A DNA stretch of 64,000 bases from an uncultured Candidatus Saccharibacteria bacterium (GTDB taxonomy: Bacteria; Patescibacteriota; Saccharimonadia; CAILAD01; GCA-016700035), in assembly GCA_964646575.1 (NCBI GenBank), contig CAZYFT010000001.1:8118-72117 (forward strand), read 5' to 3'. The notes beneath the pieces are model-generated. The model worked only from the letters and a program-made list of their open reading frames with translations, was not told the DNA's origin and ran no database searches. Below are positions 18,599 to 28,240 of the stretch, piece by piece. Numbering within the stretch: the first letter of the stretch is position 1; every line of letters begins with the position of its first letter. Both the position numbers and the translations under genes were made by a program.

Positions 18599-19753
18599 AT
18601 GGCGGTCCGCGATATTGGCACTTTGCGAGTGGCGGTAGTGCACGATTGGCTTACCAACATAGCTGGTGCTGAAAAAGTGGTGTTTGAAATACTGAGAGTA
18701 TTTCCACAAGCCGAGGTATTTACCAGTGTGTATCGGCCAGAGGCGTTTGGGGATGCTTTGAAGGGGCATAAGGTCCATACATCTTTTCTTCAGAGAGTAC
18801 CTTTGGCTCGAAAGAAGCACCAGCTTTTTCCAGTTCTACGGCGATACGCCTTCGAGAGCTTCGATTTTTCGGGCTTTGATTTGGTGATAAGTTCATCAAC
18901 AGCAGAGGCAAAGGGTATCATCACTCCAGAATCTACGCTGCACATATCATATACCCACACTCCGACGCGATATTTTTGGAGTCATTATGATCAGTACCTG
19001 AAGGATCCTGGGTTTGGGGCACTTGATCCGATTGTTCGTTTTCAGCTCAAGCGCACCATCAAGGCGTCGCGTCAGTGGGATTTTGCTGCAGCGCAGAGGC
19101 CAGATGTGTTGCTGGCAAACTCTGCAACTGTGCAGAAGCGCATAGAGAAATATTATAAGCGTACTGCTGAAGTACTGTATCCACCGGTTGATACGGAGCG
19201 CTTTGCTAAGCCCCATGTAAGACCCAGCGATGCGCCTGATAGCTACTTTGTGGTTGCATCTCGCCTCATCCCATATAAACGCTTTGATATTGCCATACAG
19301 GCATCTCAGAAGGCCGGTAAGCGGCTCGTAGTTGTGGGCGGTGGCAGTGAGCTTAAGAAACTCAAAGAGATGGCCGGTGACAGCGTAATATTTAAGGGGC
19401 ATGCCACAGATAGCGATTTGGTAGCGTATATGCAGCATGCAGAGGCATTGCTTTTCCCTGGCGAGGAAGATTTTGGCATAGCTCCAGTCGAGGCAATGGC
19501 CGCGGGTACTCCAGTAATAGCCTATGCTGCTGGTGGTGCGACCGAAACTGTTATTCCTGGAAAAACTGGCGAGCTCATACCATCTCAATCAGTAGGTGCT
19601 TTTACGCAGGCTCTTAAAGAGTTTGACGCTCAAAAATACTCAAAACAGTCTTTGCAGAAACATGCTCAGAATTTTAGTGAATTGAATTTTAGTGAACGGT
19701 TGCGGCAACTGGCAGGCGAGGGGCTTAAGCGTGCAGGTTCATCTCATACGTAG
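18599..19753 (+). CDS. Glycosyltransferase family 4 (WbaZ-like)
   Basis: HDWL..GAEKV, EDFGIAPVEAMA. Confidence 0.92.
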   Translation: MAVRDIGTLRVAVVHDWLTNIAGAEKVVFEILRVFPQAEVFTSVYRPEAFGDALKGHKVHTSFLQRVPLARKKHQLFPVLRRYAFESFDFSGFDLVISSSTAEAKGIITPESTLHISYTHTPTRYFWSHYDQYLKDPGFGALDPIVRFQLKRTIKASRQWDFAAAQRPDVLLANSATVQKRIEKYYKRTAEVLYPPVDTERFAKPHVRPSDAPDSYFVVASRLIPYKRFDIAIQASQKAGKRLVVVGGGSELKKLKEMAGDSVIFKGHATDSDLVAYMQHAEALLFPGEEDFGIAPVEAMAAGTPVIAYAAGGATETVIPGKTGELIPSQSVGAFTQALKEFDAQKYSKQSLQKHAQNFSELNFSERLRQLAGEGLKRAGSSHT

Positions 19754-21128
19754 AAAAACGCTTGCTGTTTCTCTCGTGATATTTGGCTTATTTCTAGTTA
19801 TCACTCAACCTTTGTATAAGGTTCTTGCTCCTACACAATCGCTTCAGCTACAAAAAAAGCCGGCATATCAGCTGTATTCGGCGTTGGCACAGGCTGATCG
19901 ACCCACTCGAACCCTTCTGGTGTTTGCAAATCATGCGGAGCAACGCATCGGCGGCGGGTTTGTTGGTAGTGTTGGGGTTCTTGAGGGAAGGAACGGTTCG
20001 CTCAAGCTCGAATCGGTGCGGAGTGTGTACTATTACGATCACCGTACCGAGGAGAAGGGGGCGTTTGTTGAGCCCCCAGAGTATTTAAAAAACCTTACAG
20101 GTAATTTAGCAGCTCGTGACTCGCTTATTGCCACTGACAGTGGTACGAATGCGCGGCTTTTTAGAGATTTATTTGCACGCGAAACAGGTGAGTATATTGA
20201 TAACGTTGTTATAATTACACCAAAAGTACTCTCATTAATTCTCTATTACACGGGCCCGATTGATTTACCGGAGTACTCGTTGACGGTTACGCGAGATAAT
20301 ATTTTATCTACTCTGCAACAGGAGGTAGAAGCCGGTCAAGATAAAGTTGCAGGTAAGGATCCGAAAACTATATTAAAAGTATTGGCAGATAAGATGTTTG
20401 AAAAATTGCCTCAACTAAATACCACTCAACTAGCTCAACTAGGCGACGACGTTACGGGACTGATGCAAACGCAGCAACTCTACGCATATTTGGACGATGA
20501 AGGAGTCATGAAGGAGTTGTCTAGCTATCAAGCCCCAATCGCTAAGCCTGGTAATTTGAATACGTTACAGGTGGCTGCAGCAAATCATGCGGCAAATAAA
20601 TCCTCGCAGGCAATTGTTCAAGCCGTAAAATTCAGATTAAAGGTTGCGGATGACGGACAAGCGCGACTGCTCGTGGAGATACTTCGTAAGCATCAGTCAG
20701 ACTATGCGGGTTTCTATATAGACCCAAAAAGCGGTGGTCAGAATTTCATTGTGGGTGATGATTTAAGTTGGCTACAGATAACATTGCCGGCTGGTGCCAT
20801 GGATATTTTACCGACGGGGCTCGCGCAGCAGAAAGATCCCACCGTTTTTGGTGCAGATATACTTACAAAACCCCTTACGACAAGTTCCGTGTCGGAAGAA
20901 TTTATGCTGCCGGGGCGCTACGTCATGTCGGATGAGGTGGTGATTGATCAGACGCTTTTAGCGCAGTTTGGATGGTTTGGACAGCAGGTAGACTTTCAGG
21001 TTGAAGTACCAGAAGGATATGCATTTGCAAGGGGTTCTGATGGCGTGCAAGGTGAGGGCCACACAGCTGGTCGCCAGTTTTTTCAGATAGATGATGAAAA
21101 ACTACAGTTTGTATTCATAAAACAATAG
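19731..21128 (+). CDS. DUF4012-type membrane-anchored protein (start uncertain)
   Basis: N-terminal TM; ANHAEQRIGGGFVGS motif; NKS motif. Confidence 0.7.
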   Translation: MQVHLIRRKTLAVSLVIFGLFLVITQPLYKVLAPTQSLQLQKKPAYQLYSALAQADRPTRTLLVFANHAEQRIGGGFVGSVGVLEGRNGSLKLESVRSVYYYDHRTEEKGAFVEPPEYLKNLTGNLAARDSLIATDSGTNARLFRDLFARETGEYIDNVVIITPKVLSLILYYTGPIDLPEYSLTVTRDNILSTLQQEVEAGQDKVAGKDPKTILKVLADKMFEKLPQLNTTQLAQLGDDVTGLMQTQQLYAYLDDEGVMKELSSYQAPIAKPGNLNTLQVAAANHAANKSSQAIVQAVKFRLKVADDGQARLLVEILRKHQSDYAGFYIDPKSGGQNFIVGDDLSWLQITLPAGAMDILPTGLAQQKDPTVFGADILTKPLTTSSVSEEFMLPGRYVMSDEVVIDQTLLAQFGWFGQQVDFQVEVPEGYAFARGSDGVQGEGHTAGRQFFQIDDEKLQFVFIKQ

Positions 21129-21153
21129 TGACCCTTTCGAGGGGTCACTATTG
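21123..21153. terminator. Hairpin terminator between convergent genes
   Basis: caatagtgaccc...gggtcactattg. Confidence 0.75.
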
Positions 21154-21172
21154 AGTCGGCTATTGTACGGAT

Positions 21173-21523
21173 TTATTTCGAATTAGCTGAAGCTTTTACA
21201 ACTGCCGAGAACGCTTGCGGTTCGCGAGCAGCAATTTCTGCAAGCATCTTGCGGTTGAGGGTAATATTAGCTTTACCTAGGTCAGCAATAAGCTGAGAGT
21301 AAGTGGTTCCTTCTTGGCGTGCAGCCGCATTGATGCGGGCAATCCAAAGTGAGCGGAAGTCGCGCTTTTTATTGCGGCGATCACGGTAGGCGTAGCTCAG
21401 TGACTTAAGTACGGCTTCATGGGCCTTGCGGTAAGAGGCACGACGAGTATGCCCCATACCTTTGGTCATCTTGAGGATTTTTTTATGTCGACGACGGGCG
21501 GTTACAGAACGTTTGACGCGCAT
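21173..21523 (-). CDS. rplT: 50S ribosomal protein L20
   Basis: [26 protein letters not shown]. Confidence 0.98.
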   Translation of the reverse strand: MRVKRSVTARRRHKKILKMTKGMGHTRRASYRKAHEAVLKSLSYAYRDRRNKKRDFRSLWIARINAAARQEGTTYSQLIADLGKANITLNRKMLAEIAAREPQAFSAVVKASANSK

Positions 21524-21720
21524 TATTTGGCTCCCAGCATTTTCTTAATTGCTTTTACATTTGCTGCTTCAACAGCATGCTCCTTCGAGTACATGCGTTT
21601 ACGTGCTCCGCTCTTCGCAATCAGCTTGTGGGTACGATAGGCGCGACGACGAAGTAGAGTACCTTTAGCGGTAATCTTAAAGCGCTTTGCAGCGGTCTTG
21701 CGGGTCTTAACTTTTGGCAT
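21523..21720 (-). CDS. rpmI: 50S ribosomal protein L35
   Basis: [20 protein letters not shown]. Confidence 0.97.
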   Translation of the reverse strand: MPKVKTRKTAAKRFKITAKGTLLRRRAYRTHKLIAKSGARKRMYSKEHAVEAANVKAIKKMLGAK

Positions 21721-22231
21721 CTTTTTTCCTTGCTAATACTGTCGACATTTCTCGTCCGCTTAGAGCGATTGGCTGCTCAACGGTAGCTTCGTCCGTAAGC
21801 TGCTCTACAAAGCGCTCGAGAACACCGCGACCCAGATCCGGGTGAGTGATCTCGCGACCACGAAAGCGTAGGTTAATCCTTACCTTATGGCCTTGATTGA
21901 GAAATTTGCGGGCTGCCTTTACCTTAGTTTCGATATCATGCGTATCGGTCTTGAGGCCAAGGCGCACCTGCTTGATGTCGGCTTGTTTCTGATTGCGTCG
22001 ACTTTTTTGCAGGTGTTTATCCTGCTCGTAACGATACTTACCCCAGTCGATGACGCGAACGACGGGTGGAGTTGACTGAGGAGCAACCTCAACTAGGTCG
22101 AGGCCAGCGTTTTCGGCTTCCTGGAGAGCTTTCTCGAGGGAGACGACTCCGAGCTGTTCGGATTCCGCACCAATCAGACGCACCTCACGGGCTGTTATCT
22201 GGCGGTTGATGCGAATGCGCTTCTTATTAAT
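21707..22231 (-). CDS. infC: Translation initiation factor IF-3 (ATT start)
   Basis: INRQI.AREVRLI, LDLVEV, FRGRE; AGGAG 10 nt before ATT. Confidence 0.95.
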   Translation of the reverse strand: MNKKRIRINRQITAREVRLIGAESEQLGVVSLEKALQEAENAGLDLVEVAPQSTPPVVRVIDWGKYRYEQDKHLQKSRRNQKQADIKQVRLGLKTDTHDIETKVKAARKFLNQGHKVRINLRFRGREITHPDLGRGVLERFVEQLTDEATVEQPIALSGREMSTVLARKKDAKS

Positions 22232-22287
22232 GCTTTCAGTACTCCTGTTCGTTTGTAGCACCATCATACCACTGAACTCCGAGAAAA

Positions 22288-23127
22288 TCAATATTTTAAG
22301 ATGTCGTTTTTCTCGGTAATCATCTTGATTGAGAATTTAGCGGGCTCTACGCGGAATTTTTCAGGCAAATTTTTAGAAAAAGCTTCGCTTATGAAGTGAT
22401 GAGGAGTCTGAACATCCATTCTTGAAGCCTGTATATGAAATACATCCTCCGTAGTTTTTTGAACAGTTCTTGTTTTCAATTTATTCTCCAAGAGATTTGT
22501 GTCTTTCTCCTGGAGTTTAGTGGCGTGAATAGTGTGTCTTTTCTCGGCTGTAACTGTAATAACATGCTGTTCTCGACTAGTAATATCTTCGTGAACACTG
22601 ATTGTTACGAGTTCAACCGGAGCGTTAATGCGTAGTTCGCTCCCATTTGGGGTATAAACGAGAAAGCGGCTAGGAGCTTCAGTGGGGGTATCATTTTTGA
22701 TGCGCAAAGTATGGGTAAACCAAATAGTATCTGAGCAGACAAAGGCCTTTTGCTCAGTGATTTTGCGGGCGGCGATAGCCTGTATGGATCGCTTGAGGCC
22801 ACGCTCCATGTACGGAGCGATACGCCAGGTGAGGGCTAGCTTTTCTGGAGGAGAGATGTGAGCAAAAATTGGTGTCCCACTTTGGTGAGCATGCGACAGA
22901 CGGCAGGATTCTGAAATAATGGTATCGAGCCAAGAAAATCCTCCTAGTGCGATGATCGTATTTGGGTTTTTTGACAGGGCTTGCTCTAATTTTTGAGGAA
23001 GCTCTTTTTTGTTTGGCGGCTGAATGATGTCAACTTGCAGGCGAGCCTCAAGGGCAAGCTTTTGCAAGGACTGCACTAATTTTTGGGTGTCAAACGGTAG
23101 ATCTGGCTCTATGAAGAGGCTATTCAT
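22288..23127 (-). CDS. Hypothetical protein, degenerate diacylglycerol-kinase-like fold
   Basis: TIIALGGFSW at the place of the GGDGT motif; beta-rich C-terminus. Confidence 0.45.
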   Translation of the reverse strand: MNSLFIEPDLPFDTQKLVQSLQKLALEARLQVDIIQPPNKKELPQKLEQALSKNPNTIIALGGFSWLDTIISESCRLSHAHQSGTPIFAHISPPEKLALTWRIAPYMERGLKRSIQAIAARKITEQKAFVCSDTIWFTHTLRIKNDTPTEAPSRFLVYTPNGSELRINAPVELVTISVHEDITSREQHVITVTAEKRHTIHATKLQEKDTNLLENKLKTRTVQKTTEDVFHIQASRMDVQTPHHFISEAFSKNLPEKFRVEPAKFSIKMITEKNDILKY

Positions 23128-23495
23128 GCAGTGGGCTCTCTCTTACTGTTTGGCCGTTTTAGGCGTGCATCGATTTCTGATCCAGCATCTATACTGACAC
23201 GGGGTGTAAGCAACACGCCCCGTACTTTTGCTGATTTTTTTACAACAATAGAGTCTCTTCCGGTTACTTCTCCATCTACTACGCCCAACAGGGTGACGTT
23301 GCGTGCCTCAATTGAGCCGTTAAGCTTTCCATTTTCGCTAATCTCGCAAAAACCATTCGTGGTTATCTCGCCGGTGTACTCGCCATCTATAACAATGTCT
23401 TCTTGTTCTTGAATTTTACCTTCTATCTTAGCGAGGGCAGAGAAGTAGAAGCCGGCGGTTTGCCGGTAGTCGAACGGCGATCTTTTAGCTGGCAT
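23124..23495 (-). CDS. Bactofilin (polymer-forming cytoskeletal protein)
   Basis: IEGKI..IVIDGEYTGEI..GKLNGSIEA..AKVRG beta-helix repeats. Confidence 0.85.
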   Translation of the reverse strand: MPAKRSPFDYRQTAGFYFSALAKIEGKIQEQEDIVIDGEYTGEITTNGFCEISENGKLNGSIEARNVTLLGVVDGEVTGRDSIVVKKSAKVRGVLLTPRVSIDAGSEIDARLKRPNSKREPTA

Positions 23496-23979
23496 GTAGT
23501 TCGCGTGGATTTTGCTTATTGGCCTTAGCAAGGGCGGCAGCCTCTTCTTCTGATAAATTGTGGGAGCTATGTCCGTGCTGAATTTGTTTGGCATACACTC
23601 GAGTGCCGGTTCGGGCATGGATACTTGATAGTACGTAGCCGTTTCCGCGGGCATCAATAATTGCTAGGCAGAAGCTTTGATCTCCACCGGTGTCATTAAA
23701 TGGATTAAAGCGTACGAAGCCGAGGCGTGTACCAGCTTTTTCGGCTAGAATAGTTGTTTCTTTCAGGGAATGTTGGAGGTTTTCAATATCTTTTGTTTGT
23801 TGTTGGATCTGGCTAGCGTATTGATTGAGGGCACGCATTACCGGTTGGGGTTGGGCATTGTTAAAGAAAATGCCAAACTCCTTCTCGATTTTGAGTAATT
23901 TATAGATGAGCCAGCCACAGATGCTAGCTAACGCCACCACACACACAATCAAAAAGATATCCAATTCATTCCCCTTCAA
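23485..23979 (-). CDS. DUF4446 family protein
   Basis: GFVRFNPFNDTGGDQSF..GYVLSSIHAR..YAK..LSEEE. Confidence 0.85.
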   Translation of the reverse strand: MKGNELDIFLIVCVVALASICGWLIYKLLKIEKEFGIFFNNAQPQPVMRALNQYASQIQQQTKDIENLQHSLKETTILAEKAGTRLGFVRFNPFNDTGGDQSFCLAIIDARGNGYVLSSIHARTGTRVYAKQIQHGHSSHNLSEEEAAALAKANKQNPRELHAS

Positions 23980-24071
23980 ACTTTATACTCATTATAGTCC
24001 TTCAGATAAAAGCTTGGCAAGATAAGGAGGAGACCGTAGAATAAAGGGAAATAGTGCAGAAGGAGGCTCGC

Positions 24072-24401
24072 GTGGCACGCAAAAAACAACATTTACGATA
24101 TCAGGCCAAAAAAGGCCGGATGCATACTGTGGCCTCGGCCGACGAAGTCTCAACTCCTGCTGCAGCGTCTCAAGTTGAGACTGAAAAAAGAGATAGCGTT
24201 GATAAAAAAACAATCACTAAAGAGCAAAAACAAGAGTTTACTAAGTTGCCAGAGAGTGAAACTCAGTTTGTTCGCAGGGAGATAATCTATATCGGCTTTA
24301 TCGCATTGGTACTGCTTGCTTTTTACTTAGTGATCTTTCTTGTATTCCGCTTTACAGCTGTGGATGAGTGGCTCAGTGGACTTATTCAGCTAAAAAACTA
24401 G
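24072..24401 (+). CDS. Small membrane protein, hypothetical
   Basis: AAGGAGG before GTG; basic N-terminus; C-terminal TM. Confidence 0.65.
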   Translation: MARKKQHLRYQAKKGRMHTVASADEVSTPAAASQVETEKRDSVDKKTITKEQKQEFTKLPESETQFVRREIIYIGFIALVLLAFYLVIFLVFRFTAVDEWLSGLIQLKN

Positions 24402-25929
24402 CTGTTTGAGAGAGGCTTTTTCGAGTGAGCCCATTCCTAAACTGAAGAGCCTCAGAGAGGTGCACTGCTTCAATTTTTGATGATCTTTCTAAATCAGCAA
24501 TGGTTCGGCTAATTTTTAAGACGCGAGCTGCGCCTCTTTGTGATATGTGTTGTCTGCGCAGGGCATCCTCTAGAAGATTTTGCGCATCGCTAGAGGCGCC
24601 ACAAAAAGTAGTAAGTTCATGAGAGGGGATTTCACTATTTGTTGTTATTTGATGCATCTTAAAGCGGTGTGCCTGCAAGTCTCTAGCAAGCTCTACCCGT
24701 TTGAGGATCGCGTTAGATGATGTAGCTTCTGAGGCGGTCTCGAATGGACTTGTAATGGACGGTTCAGTAATGGAGCAATGCATATCAAAGCGATCTAGGA
24801 GTGGTCCGGAGATTCTGGCTTGGTAGCGGTTTATGGTGGCGGTGCTGCATGCACAAGCTTGTTTCGCGGACCCGGCGTATCCACATGGACACGGGTTCAT
24901 CGCGGCAATGAGTATGAATTTAGCCGGATAGGTGAGGGCGTTTTGCGCGCGAGAAATATGTACTTCTCCATCCTCAATCGGTTGACGGAGTGCTTCTAAT
25001 ACCGATCGACGAAATTCTGGCAGCTCATCCAGGAATAGTACTCCACGGTGCGCCAAGGTTACTTCTCCGGGCTTTGGTATTTGCCCGCCACCTACGAGTG
25101 CAACGTCGCTAGAAGTGTGGTGGGGTGACCGGATGGGTCTTGATTGAAGGTGCTGGGCACTGGGGTTATGGATGCCGTGGAGGTAGGCTACTTCGGTAAG
25201 CTCGTCTGTATCAAGTTCTGGGAGAATTGTAGGAAAAGCATGAGCTAGGAGGGTTTTACCGCTGCCGGGCGGGCCAATAAATAGCACATTGTGGCCACCA
25301 GCGGCAGCGATTTCTAGCGCTCGCTTAGGCACTTCCAGGCCTTTTATCGATGAAAAATTAACTAATGATGTTTTTTTATCAACATTTTGTGTTGGTTCAG
25401 GATTGTCTGGGCATGGGGCTTCATCGATAAGCCAGCGATACAGTTCCCGGAGATTTTTTATGCGAACCACTGTCGCTTGCGTTTTGATTGATTCTGGAAT
25501 GGGCGGGGCATCACACGCAATAATGAGAGTTTTGCATGCTACTTGTTGAGCTGAAATAACACTGGCCGCACTATCACGAGCTGGCCTCAGAGATCCATCT
25601 AATGAGAGCTCCGCAGAAAACAATATATCTTCGGGCTGTGGTGGTATTTGCTTTGATGCAATCAAGATACCAACTGCCATTGCGAGTTCAAAGCCAGTTC
25701 CGTACTTAGCAGTGTCGGCAGGTGCAAGGTTGAGAACGATTTTACGCATAGGAAATTCTAGCCCGCTATTACGTATGGCGCTTCGTAATCTTTCACGTGA
25801 CTCCTCGACACTTTTTGTGGGTAGGCCGACAAGTGATATTCCGGGCAGACCGGCAAAAATATCGGTTTCAATGGTGATGCGGTGGGGTCGCGCACCATAG
25901 TGGGTGATGGCATGTGTGCGAGCAAGCAT
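24382..25929 (-). CDS. comM: ComM/YifB Mg-chelatase-like AAA+ ATPase
   Basis: VGLP..ESRER, GPPGSGKT, PHHT, LFLDELPEF, AMNPCPCG. Confidence 0.93.
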   Translation of the reverse strand: MLARTHAITHYGARPHRITIETDIFAGLPGISLVGLPTKSVEESRERLRSAIRNSGLEFPMRKIVLNLAPADTAKYGTGFELAMAVGILIASKQIPPQPEDILFSAELSLDGSLRPARDSAASVISAQQVACKTLIIACDAPPIPESIKTQATVVRIKNLRELYRWLIDEAPCPDNPEPTQNVDKKTSLVNFSSIKGLEVPKRALEIAAAGGHNVLFIGPPGSGKTLLAHAFPTILPELDTDELTEVAYLHGIHNPSAQHLQSRPIRSPHHTSSDVALVGGGQIPKPGEVTLAHRGVLFLDELPEFRRSVLEALRQPIEDGEVHISRAQNALTYPAKFILIAAMNPCPCGYAGSAKQACACSTATINRYQARISGPLLDRFDMHCSITEPSITSPFETASEATSSNAILKRVELARDLQAHRFKMHQITTNSEIPSHELTTFCGASSDAQNLLEDALRRQHISQRGAARVLKISRTIADLERSSKIEAVHLSEALQFRNGLTRKSLSQTASFLAE

Positions 25930-25993
25930 AGCTGTGTTCCTGGTTAATTACGAACACTATACCGAACAAAAAACTACACCACAAGCTTGAGAA

Positions 25994-27055
25994 CTATACG
26001 CTTGAGCGGTACCATTCTGCAGCTGCTTCTGGGGGGATGGTGTTGATAATTATCCCGGTCGAAACTTCTAAGCCACCCCATGGAGAGACTACATTACGCC
26101 CCTTAAACTTAAAAGCTAGGCGCTGGTGGCTCACAAGCCCCTCTTCGATTGAAAGATTAAAATTAATGCTGTTGCTATTAAGCTTTTCAGCAATCTGTTT
26201 AACAAGGGGTGCTAAAGAAGCAATCTCGTGACCCTCAAGATCGCTCATATGGACTTTACTCAGTTTGGGCAGAATCCAGGCTTCCATTTGCCACTGTGGC
26301 GCATAGGGAGCAAATGAGATCCATTCCTGATTCTCGGCGATTATGCGTAAGTTTTCACGTTTTTCAAAGTGGATGATATCGTCATACGGGTCGCGGCTGT
26401 TTTCGAGAACGAATTGCTGTATAGCGTGGGCTTCAGCACGCAAGCGAGGAGGCTCAAAAGGGAGCGCAAAAATTTGTGAGTGGGCATGGGCTAGTGAAGC
26501 GCCGGCTTCAAAGCCATCATTGCGAAAGATGCTGACGTAACGGATATGTGGCATGTCATGTAGGGCCTGTGATCGGGCCCGATAGGTAAGAAGTATTTTT
26601 TCAACTTGTTCCACTGGTAGTTCGCCAAATGCAGTGTTGCGTAGTGGTGTATCAATCACGATTTCCTGAGCACCGTACGCGTCTGGGTTGTCGACGGTGA
26701 GGGCCGGGAATTTGTTTGCCACCACTTTAACTGCCCAGCCGTCCGCTTTGTCATTTGGTAGAGTGTAAACTTCTTCTTGCAGATCGAGACGGGGTGAGCT
26801 TGATGTTTCGACGAGTGGATGGTCGCTAGTGGCTGCATCGTACGGTCGGCCGGCACGTTTAGGGGCGATGAGGACATAGTAGTCATGAATATAGTCACGA
26901 CGTACCTCGGTTTTCATGCCCTCCGTATTCAGATTGAGTCGATTATGATGAGTGTCATCTGGTTTTTGCGGAACCGCAGATAAAGGGGCGCCAGTTTCCT
27001 GATGCCCCCCTGAATGTTCTGTACTGTTAAATGGCTGTGGTATGAATTCATCCAT
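25994..27055 (-). CDS. GalT-family nucleotidyltransferase
   Basis: R..RP, NKFPAL, GASLAHAHSQ (HxHxQ). Confidence 0.8.
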   Translation of the reverse strand: MDEFIPQPFNSTEHSGGHQETGAPLSAVPQKPDDTHHNRLNLNTEGMKTEVRRDYIHDYYVLIAPKRAGRPYDAATSDHPLVETSSSPRLDLQEEVYTLPNDKADGWAVKVVANKFPALTVDNPDAYGAQEIVIDTPLRNTAFGELPVEQVEKILLTYRARSQALHDMPHIRYVSIFRNDGFEAGASLAHAHSQIFALPFEPPRLRAEAHAIQQFVLENSRDPYDDIIHFEKRENLRIIAENQEWISFAPYAPQWQMEAWILPKLSKVHMSDLEGHEIASLAPLVKQIAEKLNSNSINFNLSIEEGLVSHQRLAFKFKGRNVVSPWGGLEVSTGIIINTIPPEAAAEWYRSSV

Positions 27056-27094
27056 TGCCCTTATGATACCCGAACCAGAGAAAAAACGTAAGAG

Positions 27095-28240
27095 CTATGA
27101 TTTTTTGTGCTCGAGACGGCGGGCGAGGAATTCAATAATTAAGCGGGCTGCCTCCGGATTACTGAGAGTCGTAAGCCTGTCCGTGTAGCTGTCGTAGTCC
27201 TTATATATCTCATTGAGGGCCGTTACAATTTCACTACTTTTGCGGGCAATGTGTCCTAATTTATAGCGCTCAACGAGTTCGGCGTTACCTTCTTCTTGTC
27301 CAGGTATGATCTTATTTATTACCAATGGTTTTTTTGCGGCAATACATTCCATGACAGTTGAACCGCCAGCCTTTGTAATGACAATGTCGCTGGCTTTTAT
27401 GAGTTCTGGCATGTTCTGAGTCCAGCCAATGAGGTAGCTGTGGGGTGCTGACCATAGCGCGCCGTTTCGAATTTGTTTATGCAAATCTTTGTCTCGCCCC
27501 GTAATTACTATCAAGCTATGGTCGGGATAATTTGAGATAATTGCGGAGCTAACGCGTCGCACATAAGAAGCACGCAAGGCGGAGGCACTGAACAAAATAA
27601 TTTTTCGATTATTCGGCATTTCTATATCTGTTGGAAAAGGTTTAGCGCTTGAATTATTAGTCAAAAAACTTTCGTGTACTGGGTAGCCTAGGGCGTGAAT
27701 TTTGTCGTTTTTCACCCCAAGGGTATGTAGGCTAGATGCCGTTGGTTCATTGGAGACTATGTAGAAGTCGCTGTCTGGAATAACCCAAGATGAATGTACG
27801 GAAATTGAGTCGGTGATTAGTGTTGCAAATTCAACATCCGGAAAATTCTTCTTAGAAATTTGCAAAGCGAGATATTGCCAAATTGGATAATTAGAAATAA
27901 TGAGATCTGGGTGTTGTGAGGCTAGGAGCTTTTTGAGGTGGCCTTGTCTTAAAGGAAAACTCAAGAGATTGGCAAGACGTATAGGGGTGTGGGTTATATC
28001 TGTTGAGACATACATCCATTTATAAAGAGCGGGTAGGTGTTTTGTATTGATCTCATACATTTTTTTTGAAGTCTTGTTAAAGAGTTTTCCGATTTCTTCT
28101 GAGAAATCGATAATTTTTACATCAATATTATGTTCAGGATGGTTTTGAGCGGCACTTTCTAGGGCACGGGCGGTTGCCATGTGTCCCTGTCCAAAAGAAG
28201 AAGACAGAATTAATATTGTTTTTTTTACACTATTAGCCAT
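27095..28240 (-). CDS. UgtP/MGDG-synthase-like glycosyltransferase (GT28)
   Basis: SSFGQGH..A.AL, ITD..H..W, TKAGG.T.E, PGQEEGN. Confidence 0.85.
   Translation of the reverse strand: MANSVKKTILILSSSFGQGHMATARALESAAQNHPEHNIDVKIIDFSEEIGKLFNKTSKKMYEINTKHLPALYKWMYVSTDITHTPIRLANLLSFPLRQGHLKKLLASQHPDLIISNYPIWQYLALQISKKNFPDVEFATLITDSISVHSSWVIPDSDFYIVSNEPTASSLHTLGVKNDKIHALGYPVHESFLTNNSSAKPFPTDIEMPNNRKIILFSASALRASYVRRVSSAIISNYPDHSLIVITGRDKDLHKQIRNGALWSAPHSYLIGWTQNMPELIKASDIVITKAGGSTVMECIAAKKPLVINKIIPGQEEGNAELVERYKLGHIARKSSEIVTALNEIYKDYDSYTDRLTTLSNPEAARLIIEFLARRLEHKKS

Noticed and set aside
22229-22231. ATT start codon of infC as a novelty
   Set aside because: Well-known autoregulatory feature of infC
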